A stretch of 36,381 bases of DNA from assembly GCA_964642325.1 (NCBI GenBank), contig CAZXOJ010000004.1:1-36381 (forward strand). Direction: 5' to 3'. The notes under the pieces are model-generated. The model was not told the origin of the DNA, searched no databases, and worked only from the letters and a program-made list of their open reading frames with translations. The position numbers and the translations under genes are program-made. This stretch comes from an uncultured Bacteroides sp. (GTDB lineage: Bacteria > Bacteroidota > Bacteroidia > Bacteroidales > SM23-62). Shown one piece after another: positions 1 through 8,218 of this stretch (position 1 is its first letter; each line of letters begins with the position of its first letter).

Positions 1-527
1 TCGGCCTTATAGAAGTCAGTAAATTCCTTGATCTCCGTAACGATGGGATCGCTGAATGTACCAGAGATAGCCATATGTTTCTTTGATTCCTCTGCAAGCT
101 TTTGCTGTTCTGCGTTGTGATAGTATATCACCGAACGATACTGGGGTCCATGATCATTCCCCTGCCGGTTCCAGGTTGTCGGGTCATGTGTATGCCAGAA
201 TACATCCAACAATTCTTCATAAGCTATGACCGTGGGGTCAAAGAAGATTTGGCAGACTTCAGCATGGCCTGTATGTCCTGAAGTAACTTCTTTATAAGAT
301 GGTTTCTTCACATGTCCGCCTGAATATCCGCTGACGACTCTATCCACTCCCTCAAGGCGCTCAAAGACAGCCTCGGTACACCAGAAACAGCCTGAACCAA
401 AGGTGGCTACTTCATATATTTTCTGTTTATTCATGGTATTTAAGTTCTCGTTATACCCAGTCATTTCTAGAAATGACCCATGTAAAAAAATTGTTCCTAC
501 GATAAAAACCAGCGCAACCCTCTTCAT
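1..527 (-). CDS. msrA: Peptide-methionine (S)-S-oxide reductase MsrA; C-terminus truncated by the window edge
   Basis: My reverse-strand translation reads MNKQKIYEVATFGSGCFWCTEAVFERLEGVDRVVSGYSGGH...HAEVCQIFFDP...HDPTTWNRQGNDHGPQYRS, which carries the GCFWC MsrA active-site motif. The frame stays open to base 1. An in-frame upstream ATG at 527 adds a hydrophobic leader (MKRVALVFIVGTIFLHGSF). The alternative start is at 434. Confidence 0.9.
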   Translation of the reverse strand, partial: MKRVALVFIVGTIFLHGSFLEMTGYNENLNTMNKQKIYEVATFGSGCFWCTEAVFERLEGVDRVVSGYSGGHVKKPSYKEVTSGHTGHAEVCQIFFDPTVIAYEELLDVFWHTHDPTTWNRQGNDHGPQYRSVIYYHNAEQQKLAEESKKHMAISGTFSDPIVTEIKEFTDFYKA

Positions 528-634
528 TGCATTTTATTATTTAGAACGATTCTAAGCTAATTAAATTTTATTTTGATGTATAACAATTCTTAATTATTGC
601 TGTTCAGTTATATATATCAACAAATATCAAAACC

Positions 635-1099
635 ATGAAAAAGAATCTAATAATTATAAGCATCCTCGTACTGCTGGCTGGACTCACAGAATCATGTAAA
701 AAGGATGAATGCACCGGAAAAATAACCATCTCTTACCAGACATTGGAAGCTTTCGGGGGAATTGATTGTGGTATCATTATCAATGAGCAGAGCAAAGGTC
801 TTAACTATGTGATTGACAATCACGGGGGACTCGAATCACTGGTCGAATGCACTACCCTCCCGGATATTGATTTTGATAAATACACCCTGTTGCTGGGCAG
901 TTATGAATCAGATAAGGACCTGGCCTACAAGAACCAGGCTGTAATCAGGGATTGTGAGACCATGACCGTGACTTTCAGGATAAGTTATGATTCCGAACAA
1001 AAAGATACAAGTATGCTGGTGGATTACCATGCAGTGATCCCAAAAATTCCTGCTGATTATGAGGTTCAGTTTGAGATCCAGACCTGGCAAATCAACTAG
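635..1099 (+). CDS. Hypothetical lipoprotein (154 aa)
   Basis: The ORF track N-terminus MKKNLIIISILVLLAGLTESC looks like a signal peptide with a lipobox-type Cys. I recognise no family. Confidence 0.65.
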   Translation: MKKNLIIISILVLLAGLTESCKKDECTGKITISYQTLEAFGGIDCGIIINEQSKGLNYVIDNHGGLESLVECTTLPDIDFDKYTLLLGSYESDKDLAYKNQAVIRDCETMTVTFRISYDSEQKDTSMLVDYHAVIPKIPADYEVQFEIQTWQIN

Positions 1100-1119
1100 A
1101 TGGATTTACAGGTAATGAA

Positions 1120-1641
1120 ATGGATATAAGGGAATTTCTCCAGATCGGAACTTCGAGGTTGAATGCTGATATCCTTGTGGATAAGATCGAAGAGGATACG
1201 GATATCTTCGAGATCGTCTGGCAGATCATGCTGGAAGATACTTATCCCCTGTCCATGCGAGCTTCCTGGGTAATCTGCCATTTCGCAAAGAAACATCCAT
1301 ATTATCTTGAGCCCCGCCTCGACGAGATTATTGACATACTGCCAGAAATCAAAACTGAATCGGTCTGGAGGAACTTGCTGAATATCATCAGCATCCTGTC
1401 TATCCCTGAAAAACACTACGGACATCTTTTTGACCTATGCTACGGGCTACTTGAGAGTCCGGGTACCGCTATTGCCATTAGGGCCTATGCAATGACTATT
1501 CTGTATAATATCTCCAATCAGGAGCCGGAACTCAAGCCCGAGTTGATCTCACTGTTTGAATCTCAGATGGATTCAGAATCTGCCGGTGTATATGCAAGGG
1601 CAAATATTTTATTAAAGAAGCTGTATAAGGAAATCACCTGA
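1120..1641 (+). CDS. Hypothetical protein, predicted all-alpha (HEAT/ARM-like) (173 aa)
   Basis: The ORF lies 20 nt downstream of the lipoprotein gene on the same strand. The composition is helical and Leu/Ile-rich, with no catalytic motif I recognise. Confidence 0.55.
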   Translation: MDIREFLQIGTSRLNADILVDKIEEDTDIFEIVWQIMLEDTYPLSMRASWVICHFAKKHPYYLEPRLDEIIDILPEIKTESVWRNLLNIISILSIPEKHYGHLFDLCYGLLESPGTAIAIRAYAMTILYNISNQEPELKPELISLFESQMDSESAGVYARANILLKKLYKEIT

Positions 1642-1693
1642 ACAGGAAAAGTGAAACCTGATCTGTAATATATGTTTTATCCCCGTGAGAATT

Positions 1694-3007
1694 TTATTTA
1701 TTGAACAGATCCATCGCCGCTTTAGCCATGGCTCGCACGCCGGTCTTATAGGTGGGGATAAAATCCGGATAAAACTCCGGGTTATGCAGTCCGGGTAAAG
1801 CCTCACCATGATCCAGGTGAGCCTCGTATTTCTCCGTGGAAACTGTCCCCAGCCAGAACATGGCTATTGGCACTCTTTCATCAGTCCTCCCATACCTGGC
1901 AAAATCTTCTCCTGCAGTTAGGGGTTCCACTTCTATTACATTCTCCGATCCAAGAATGGATATGAAAGAAGAAACAGCATCATTGGTGAGTTTCTCATGA
2001 TTGATAACTGGTGGTGTTTGTCCCAGGGAAGTAACTTCCGGATAGAGGTCTTCCGGTAATCCTGCAGATTCAGCAATACCATTGCTTATTCGTTTGAGAC
2101 CGGCGATGATACGTTCGTAGGTTTCATCATTGTAATACCTGATGGTAAGTTGCATCTTTACTTCGTCGGGTATGATATTATGTACTGTCCCGCCATGAAT
2201 GGAACCCACTGTTACCACTGCAGGTTCCAGGGGATTTATTTCCCTGCTCGGGATGGTTTGATAAGCCAGTACCATCCGGGAGGCCAGTACCACCGGATCT
2301 ACTGCTTGATGCGGCAAGGCCCCGTGTCCGCCGATACCATGCACGGTTATGTCGACGGAGCTTACCCCTGCCAGGAAGGGCCCCGGTCTGTAACCTATGC
2401 TTCCTGCAGGCAAAACAGCACTTACATGGTAAGCCAGGGCATAATCAGGAACAGGAAACCTGGTGAAGAGTCCATCAGCAATCATAGCATCTGCACCTCC
2501 ACTCTTCTCTTCTGCCTGTTGCGCTATCATCATCAGGGTACCTTTCCAATCTTCTCTCATTGCTGCAAGGATTTTAGCTGTCCCTAACCACACAGTCATA
2601 TGCATGTCGTGCCCGCAGGCTTGCATAACGGGCATCTCTATCCCATCTGCATCAGTCATAATCACTTTACTTGCAAAGGGAAGTCCGGTTTTTTCTATCA
2701 GGGGCAAGGCATCCAGATCAGTACGGATCATGATCACAGGTCCCGGTCCATTTTTCAATAAACCCACAAAACCATTGCCGCCTACATTCCGTGTTATATC
2801 AAAACCAAGCTTCTCCAGTTCATCAGACAATCTTTCGGCTGTCTTAAATTCCTTGAATGATAGTTCTGGATACTGATGGAAATGTTTGTAAATCATCTCA
2901 TGCTCTTCCAGGTTACCAGTGATATTGTCATCAATCCCTTCCACTGACTGGGCATTACTCAAAACACTCATCAGGGTGGCTGCCAGTACTAAAAATAATC
3001 TTAACAT
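1694..3007 (-). CDS. M20D-family amidohydrolase (hippurate hydrolase / aminoacylase-like), secreted
   Basis: N-terminal signal peptide MLRLFLVLAATLMSVLSNAQS. The metal-site motif MQACGHDMH is present, and the overall layout (HGGTVHNIIPDEV, GEDFA) matches M20D amidohydrolases. Confidence 0.85.
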   Translation of the reverse strand: MLRLFLVLAATLMSVLSNAQSVEGIDDNITGNLEEHEMIYKHFHQYPELSFKEFKTAERLSDELEKLGFDITRNVGGNGFVGLLKNGPGPVIMIRTDLDALPLIEKTGLPFASKVIMTDADGIEMPVMQACGHDMHMTVWLGTAKILAAMREDWKGTLMMIAQQAEEKSGGADAMIADGLFTRFPVPDYALAYHVSAVLPAGSIGYRPGPFLAGVSSVDITVHGIGGHGALPHQAVDPVVLASRMVLAYQTIPSREINPLEPAVVTVGSIHGGTVHNIIPDEVKMQLTIRYYNDETYERIIAGLKRISNGIAESAGLPEDLYPEVTSLGQTPPVINHEKLTNDAVSSFISILGSENVIEVEPLTAGEDFARYGRTDERVPIAMFWLGTVSTEKYEAHLDHGEALPGLHNPEFYPDFIPTYKTGVRAMAKAAMDLFNK

Positions 3008-3100
3008 GATGTGTTCATTTTAGGACTTAAATATAGTACTTAAAAATTGGTGGAGTTAAGTATTTTTTTAATATTTAAACGGCTGAAAAAAAACATACTA

Positions 3101-3841
3101 ATGAACAGATTGATTATCCTTACTGGTCCCTCCTGCATAGGTAAAAGTACCCTGGACAAAGCCCTTAAACGTTTTTATCCGGGTCTCCGGGAAAACATGC
3201 AAAAACTGGTATTATACAATAATCGTTCTCCCAGACCGGGAGAAATGGAAGGTGTTGATTATTATTTCCGCAAGAAGGAAGAGATTGAGGCATTCCGGCT
3301 CGATGCAAATTATATCGTAATGGGCGTGAGAGGTGATCTGCAGGCCCTCAACCTGAAGGAGCTGTCTGGCGTGCTTAAAAAGAACAATGTGTTTTTCGAG
3401 GGGAATCCCTACGTAGCCGAGATCCTCACTACCCATCCACAGCTAAAGGACTATCCTAAACTGAGTGTGTTTTTATCCCCCCTATCAGAAGAGGAAATAA
3501 GGTACTTTAAACATCCTCAGAGGAATGTCAGGCTGCCGGATTTTATCACGGAGATCATGCGGCGGAAGCAGCTTCGCAGGAAGACCAGGCAAAAAGTGGA
3601 ACTATCGATGCCTGACCTGGACGATATTGAGATAAGGGCATCGAGTGCCTACCGTGAAATGAAAATGGCCTGGCAATTTGATCATATCATTCCAAACCAT
3701 GATGGAGAGGACAGCGATAATTGGGAAGGATTTTATTACCCTGTAGGTGATGCCAGGAAAGCCATGCTCGCCTTTGTTGCACTTCTTCAGGGCGGCGAAG
3801 CCGAAGGAGTTGAGAAATGGGAAAAAGAAATTCTAAAATAG
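3101..3841 (+). CDS. Guanylate kinase-like P-loop nucleoside-monophosphate kinase (divergent paralogue)
   Basis: P-loop GPSCIGKST and GMP-site-like NRSPRPGEMEGVDYYF (compare TTRxPRxGExxGxDYxF). The ORF track begins at a TTG at 3047. I prefer the ATG at 3101, which sits immediately before the P-loop. Confidence 0.7.
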   Translation: MNRLIILTGPSCIGKSTLDKALKRFYPGLRENMQKLVLYNNRSPRPGEMEGVDYYFRKKEEIEAFRLDANYIVMGVRGDLQALNLKELSGVLKKNNVFFEGNPYVAEILTTHPQLKDYPKLSVFLSPLSEEEIRYFKHPQRNVRLPDFITEIMRRKQLRRKTRQKVELSMPDLDDIEIRASSAYREMKMAWQFDHIIPNHDGEDSDNWEGFYYPVGDARKAMLAFVALLQGGEAEGVEKWEKEILK

Positions 3842-3853
3842 TTCAACCACAAT

Positions 3854-4651
3854 ATGGATCGAAAAAAATTCCTACTAATCATTACAAGCACTTTACTCCT
3901 CATTTTTACTATCTCAGCACAAGCCCAGGACATGGATGTTTATCAAAAAAAGCTGTTCCTGAATAAAGGGGATACCCTGCCCTACCGCATCATGTATCCA
4001 CCTGATTTTGATGAGTCCGGCAAGTATCCCCTATTACTATTCCTTCACGGGGCAGGTGAGAGGGGAAATGATAATGAAAAACAGCTTGTTCATGGAGCAA
4101 GCTTCTTTGCAGATCCGTCAAACAGGAAGGATCATCCTGCAGTAGTCGTCTTTCCGCAATGTCCGGAGGATGACTGGTGGGCCAGGGTGGATGACTCTGT
4201 AGATCCTGATGGAAATCGGGTATTTACCTTCTACAGCAAGGGTACTCCAAAACCGGCCATGCGTCTTGTACTCGATCTGCTTGATGAGCTGGTAAACGAA
4301 TCATACATTGATGAGGACAGGGTATACCTGGGGGGGCTTTCCATGGGAGGTATGGGCACTTTCGACCTGCTGAGCCTGAGGCCCAAAACATTTGCTGCCG
4401 CCTTTCCCATTTGTGGAGGTGGCAATCCTAAAACTGCCAGGAAGATATCCAGGGTTACATCTTTCTGGATCTTTCACGGAGCAGATGATAAAGTAGTCAA
4501 CCCGCAATACTCAACAGGAATGGCAGAGGCAATAAAGAAACACAAAGGGAAAGTAAAGCTCACCATTTATCCAGGAACCGACCATAACAGTTGGGATAAT
4601 GCTTTTGCCGAACCTGAACTTCTCCCCTGGGTTTTTTCAAACCGAAGGTAA
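3854..4651 (+). CDS. Secreted alpha/beta-hydrolase esterase (phospholipase/carboxylesterase-type)
   Basis: Signal peptide, oxyanion region LLLFLHGAGERG, nucleophile elbow GLSMGG, then HGADD and a GTDHNSW His. Together these give a Ser-Asp-His triad layout. Confidence 0.8.
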   Translation: MDRKKFLLIITSTLLLIFTISAQAQDMDVYQKKLFLNKGDTLPYRIMYPPDFDESGKYPLLLFLHGAGERGNDNEKQLVHGASFFADPSNRKDHPAVVVFPQCPEDDWWARVDDSVDPDGNRVFTFYSKGTPKPAMRLVLDLLDELVNESYIDEDRVYLGGLSMGGMGTFDLLSLRPKTFAAAFPICGGGNPKTARKISRVTSFWIFHGADDKVVNPQYSTGMAEAIKKHKGKVKLTIYPGTDHNSWDNAFAEPELLPWVFSNRR

Positions 4652-5959
4652 TTTCCAGGGAGCCCGGTATTTCGCCTTCACCATATCATTGGCCTTTTCA
4701 TCATCTTTGAAATTACCTTTCTCTGCATCCCAATACAGTTTCTTCCCGGTTTTTAAGGCAATGTTACCCAGGTGCGCAATCCTGGCAATATGGCCGCCAA
4801 TTTCAATGCTGGCATTGGGTGTTTCCCTTGATCTGATACATTCCAAGAAATTTTGTGCGTGTAGGTTAAGTCCACTCGCTTCACCTTTCTTTGTCAGAGG
4901 GATTGCTTCCATCAAAGGTTTCCCCTGGGATACTTCAGGAATTACCTCCCATCCCTGTCGGTCTACAACCAGGGTTCCATTCTCTCCCAGGAAGGCTACA
5001 CCGTGCCCCCGGCCATAAGGTCCTCCCGAAATGCCTATGGTGGATTCCCAGACCAGAGCAAAATCATCGAAGTCATAATTGGCAAACTGCGTATCCGGGG
5101 TTTCGCGTGCATCTTCCGGAAAAGCATATTTCCCTCCTGTGGACATGACAGCGTTCGGCACGTACTGGTTCATTCCGTACAAGGCATAATCCAACAGGTG
5201 CACCCCCCAATCTGTCATTAGTCCCCCGGCATAATCCCAGAACCATCTGAAGTTAAAATGAAAACGATGCTCGTTAAAAGGATGCGCTGGCGCAGGTCCC
5301 AGCCAGAAATCATAATCCACTCCTTCCGGTACAGGCCCGTCCGGCACAGCCGGAAGTTCACCCTTCCATCCTATATAGGCCCAGGCCTTGACAGTACGTA
5401 TCTTTCCAAGGCTGCCTCCCTGTACATAATCAACAACTTTCTTCCAGTGTGGATCACTGCGCTGCCATTGCCCTACCTGAACAACCCTGTCGTATTTATC
5501 GGCCGCCTTGATCATAATATCACATTCCTGGATTGAATTGGCAAGGGGTTTTTCCACATATACATCCTTACCCGTCTCGCAGGCTTCGATCATTGGCAGG
5601 CAATGCCAATGGTCAGGCGTACCTATGATCACCGCATCAATATCCTTCCTGTCGAGTAATTTCCTGTAATCTCCATACAGATCCGGTTTCTTTCCCTGGA
5701 TATCGTTAGTTTCAGCAGCCCTTTTTTCAAGTACATTGCTATCTACATCACAAAGGGCAGCACATTCCACTCCTTCCTGCTGGAGGAAAGACCTAAGGTC
5801 AGACATACCCATACCATTTATACCAATGGCGCCTATGACCACTTTATCATTGGCGCCAAAGATCCTCCCAGTTGCATTTGCCGTACCTGGCAGTAAAGGT
5901 ATAATAGTGGCACCGGCCACTGCGGCCGTGGAACTTTTGATGAATTTTCTACGTTGCAT
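4637..5959 (-). CDS. TAT-exported Gfo/Idh/MocA family NAD(P)-dependent oxidoreductase (paralogue 1)
   Basis: Twin-arginine leader MQRRKFIKSSTAAVAGA...ANA, Rossmann segment VIGAIGINGMG, and the EKP motif in DVYVEKPLA. Its 3' end overlaps the convergent esterase gene by 15 nt. Confidence 0.9.
   Translation of the reverse strand: MQRRKFIKSSTAAVAGATIIPLLPGTANATGRIFGANDKVVIGAIGINGMGMSDLRSFLQQEGVECAALCDVDSNVLEKRAAETNDIQGKKPDLYGDYRKLLDRKDIDAVIIGTPDHWHCLPMIEACETGKDVYVEKPLANSIQECDIMIKAADKYDRVVQVGQWQRSDPHWKKVVDYVQGGSLGKIRTVKAWAYIGWKGELPAVPDGPVPEGVDYDFWLGPAPAHPFNEHRFHFNFRWFWDYAGGLMTDWGVHLLDYALYGMNQYVPNAVMSTGGKYAFPEDARETPDTQFANYDFDDFALVWESTIGISGGPYGRGHGVAFLGENGTLVVDRQGWEVIPEVSQGKPLMEAIPLTKKGEASGLNLHAQNFLECIRSRETPNASIEIGGHIARIAHLGNIALKTGKKLYWDAEKGNFKDDEKANDMVKAKYRAPWKLPSV
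4652..4774. repeat. Near-identical 123-nt tract shared by the tandem Gfo/Idh/MocA paralogues (copy 1, 3' end of the gene)
   Basis: By manual alignment it matches 5983..6105 at 121 of 123 positions. Flanking paralogous sequence is visibly more diverged. Confidence 0.85.
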
Positions 5960-5967
5960 GGTTTCTA

Positions 5968-7293
5968 TTAGATTGATGGTACTTTCCAGGGAGCACGGTA
6001 TTTCGCCTTCACCATATCATTGGCCTTTTCATCATCTTTGAAATTACCTTTCTCTGCATCCCAATACAGTTTCTTCCCGGTTCTTAAGGCAATGTTACCC
6101 AGGTGGGCAAACCTTGCAATATGGGCGCCAATTTCAATGTCTGCTTTCGGCTTTTCCCTCGTTTTTATGCATTCAAGAAAATTCTTAACATGAAGGTCTA
6201 GTCCACTTCCCCCGACCCGGGTTGTCAATGGAATCCCATCCATACGATGTTCATCTTTTGTACTATCAGGAATCACCTCCCAGCCCTGACGATCCACGAC
6301 AAGAGTCCCGTTTTCTCCAATGTAGGCAACCCCGTGATCCCGGCCATATGATCCACCGGATATTCCTATGGCAGATTCCCATACCAGCCCGAAATCATCG
6401 AATTCATATATGGCATACTGGGTATCCGGGGTCTCCTTGGCATCATCCGGATAAGCGTACTTTCCTCCGGATGACATCACGGAATTTGGCACGTATTCAT
6501 TCATTCCGTACAGGGCATAGTCCAGCAAATGAACCCCCCAGTCTGTCATGAGTCCCCCGGCATAATCCCAATACCACCTGAATGAAAAGTGAAACCGGTG
6601 CTTGTTAAACTCCCTCTTGGGTGCAGGTCCCAACCAGAAATCATAATCCACTCCCTCAGGTGCAGGCCCATCCGGAAGAACAGGCAGGTTCACTCCCATC
6701 CATCCCTGGTAGGCCCAAACCTTAACTGTTCTGATCTTGCCAAGCTTTCCTGTACGGACAAAATCAACTGCCTTCTGCCAGTGAGGATCACTGCGTTGCC
6801 ACTGGCCCACCTGAACAACCCTGTCATATTTGCGGGCCGCTTTGACCATGATATTACATTCCTCAATGGTATTGGCAATGGGTTTCTCGACATATACATC
6901 CTTTCCTGCCTGGCAGGCTTCCACCATAGGCATACAATGCCAGTGGTCTGGTGTACCTATGATCACTACATCAATATCCTTGCGTTCTATCAATTTTCTG
7001 TAATCTCCATACAGGTCAGGCTTTTTTCCCTGCAGTTCGGTTGTTTCTGCAGCTCTTTTTTCAAGCACATTCCGGTCTACATCACAAAGGGCAGCACATT
7101 CTACTCCATCCTGCTGAAGGAATGTTCTCAGATCGGCCATGCCCATACCATTAATACCGATTGCGCCAACAGTTACTTTTTCGTTAGCCCCGATTATTCT
7201 GGAGGCAGCCTGTGCAGTACCGGGTAAAATTGGAAGGATAGCGGCTCCGGCAGTAACTACACCTGATTTCTTAATGAATTTTCTTCTTTCCAT
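5968..7293 (-). CDS. TAT-exported Gfo/Idh/MocA family NAD(P)-dependent oxidoreductase (paralogue 2)
   Basis: Twin-arginine leader MERRKFIKKSGVVTAGA...AQA, then VGAIGINGMG and DVYVEKPIA. It is colinear with the downstream paralogue and about four-fifths identical to it by eye. Confidence 0.9.
   Translation of the reverse strand: MERRKFIKKSGVVTAGAAILPILPGTAQAASRIIGANEKVTVGAIGINGMGMADLRTFLQQDGVECAALCDVDRNVLEKRAAETTELQGKKPDLYGDYRKLIERKDIDVVIIGTPDHWHCMPMVEACQAGKDVYVEKPIANTIEECNIMVKAARKYDRVVQVGQWQRSDPHWQKAVDFVRTGKLGKIRTVKVWAYQGWMGVNLPVLPDGPAPEGVDYDFWLGPAPKREFNKHRFHFSFRWYWDYAGGLMTDWGVHLLDYALYGMNEYVPNSVMSSGGKYAYPDDAKETPDTQYAIYEFDDFGLVWESAIGISGGSYGRDHGVAYIGENGTLVVDRQGWEVIPDSTKDEHRMDGIPLTTRVGGSGLDLHVKNFLECIKTREKPKADIEIGAHIARFAHLGNIALRTGKKLYWDAEKGNFKDDEKANDMVKAKYRAPWKVPSI
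5983..6105. repeat. Near-identical 123-nt tract shared by the tandem Gfo/Idh/MocA paralogues (copy 2)
   Basis: Matches 4652..4774 at 121 of 123 positions. The mismatches are agcCcgg versus agcAcgg and ggttTtt versus ggttCtt. Confidence 0.85.
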
Positions 7294-7336
7294 GGGACTT
7301 ATGATTGGTTTTATTTAAAAATACTAAAATTCTTCC

Positions 7337-8131
7337 TTATTCAGGCTTGATCTTCCTGGCCAACCTGTAAAAAAGGCGAGGAAAAAACCTACGTATATGG
7401 ACCATCATCAATTCCTTTCCTCCTATCAAGACTTCAGGTTTTCGCTTATAGATGGCATCCAGGTATTTTTTGGCACAAATATCTGCCGGCATCCCGGTGG
7501 CCTGTCCCGGGTCCATCTTACCATGCGGCTTCCCGTCCCCGGTAAGGGCATTCAGGGATATATTGGTCTGCACCCTGCCAGGCATGGCGATGGTCACAGA
7601 GATATTCCTGTCGGCCAACTCTATGCCCAGTGTCTCGAAAAATCCCTGGGTGGCATGTTTTGAGGCAGCGTATGCAGAACGTAAGGGAAACCCAAATTTC
7701 CCGGTAATACTACTCGTGGCTGCAATATACCCCCCACCCTGTTCCATCATCTTAGGCAGCACGGCCTTTGTCAGTATGACGGCTCCAAAAAAATTGATAT
7801 TCATAATCTTAAGATCCACCTCAAGCGGAGTCTCCCAGGTCAGGGAACGCTGGCTTATCCCGCCGTTATTGATCAGGACATCCACCCTGCCAAAATGATC
7901 CATTGCTACCCTGACAGCCATTTCAATGGACGCTCGGGATGACAGGTCAAGGGGCAGATTTAAAACGCTGGCACCGGATGACTCACAGGTGGCGGCCACC
8001 TTTGACAATCCGGGTTCATCAATGTCACTGAGGATCAGTTTCCCCCCATATTCAACAGATTTATAGGCCAGTGCTTCACCAATTCCTGAAGCGGCACCTG
8101 TGATCCAGATGATTTTATCTTTGAATTTCAT
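7337..8131 (-). CDS. Short-chain dehydrogenase/reductase (SDR) family oxidoreductase
   Basis: Contains TGAASGIGEA (TGxxxGxG), NNGG, and YAASKHA (the YxxxK catalytic motif). Confidence 0.9.
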   Translation of the reverse strand: MKFKDKIIWITGAASGIGEALAYKSVEYGGKLILSDIDEPGLSKVAATCESSGASVLNLPLDLSSRASIEMAVRVAMDHFGRVDVLINNGGISQRSLTWETPLEVDLKIMNINFFGAVILTKAVLPKMMEQGGGYIAATSSITGKFGFPLRSAYAASKHATQGFFETLGIELADRNISVTIAMPGRVQTNISLNALTGDGKPHGKMDPGQATGMPADICAKKYLDAIYKRKPEVLIGGKELMMVHIRRFFPRLFYRLARKIKPE

Positions 8132-8197
8132 ACAGCGGGATTTTCTGCAGACCTAAAAGTATGAATTTATTTCCTTGATTCACTAAACTTAGTAATT

Positions 8198-8209
8198 TTA
8201 AGCGCTTAA
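8198..8209. promoter_or_regulatory. 12-bp perfect palindrome TTAAGCGCTTAA, 10 nt upstream of the ComB-like gene start
   Basis: Read directly from the sequence. It sits in the 87-nt divergent intergenic region, next to a TAATTTTA element that resembles the Bacteroidota -7 box TAnnTTTG. Confidence 0.25.
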
Positions 8210-8218
8210 TTTCAGTGT

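Noticed and set aside
3047-3100. N-terminal extensions in the ORF track: TTG at 3047, 29856-29969 for pepD, 12485-12529 for the second ABC ATPase, 13414-13419 for the first ABC ATPase, and 35896-35964 for citDE.
   Set aside because: The extensions are non-conserved-looking peptides lying in AT-rich promoter-like DNA or inside the upstream gene. Internal ATGs sit directly before the first conserved motif, and in the operon cases they create ATGA overlaps.
4637-4651. Convergent gene-end overlaps: esterase with oxidoreductase (15 nt), and at 25393-25409 asparaginase with cysQ (17 nt), considered as possible antisense regulatory devices.
   Set aside because: Short 3'-end overlaps of convergent genes are common in compact bacterial genomes. 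Nothing in the sequence suggests a dedicated function, and there is no hairpin or conserved element that I can see.
6589-7227. Long antisense ORFs opposite well-supported genes. Examples: 6589-7227 (212 aa), 22220-22834 (204 aa), 24311-24931 (206 aa), 35365-35961 (198 aa), 10134-10628, 10547-11074, 2150-2876, 13707-14147.
   Set aside because: Each lies entirely within, and antisense or out of frame to, a gene with clear family motifs. Their translations are low-complexity (Ser/Pro/Arg/Cys-rich) with no recognisable motifs or signal features. This is typical shadow-ORF behaviour.
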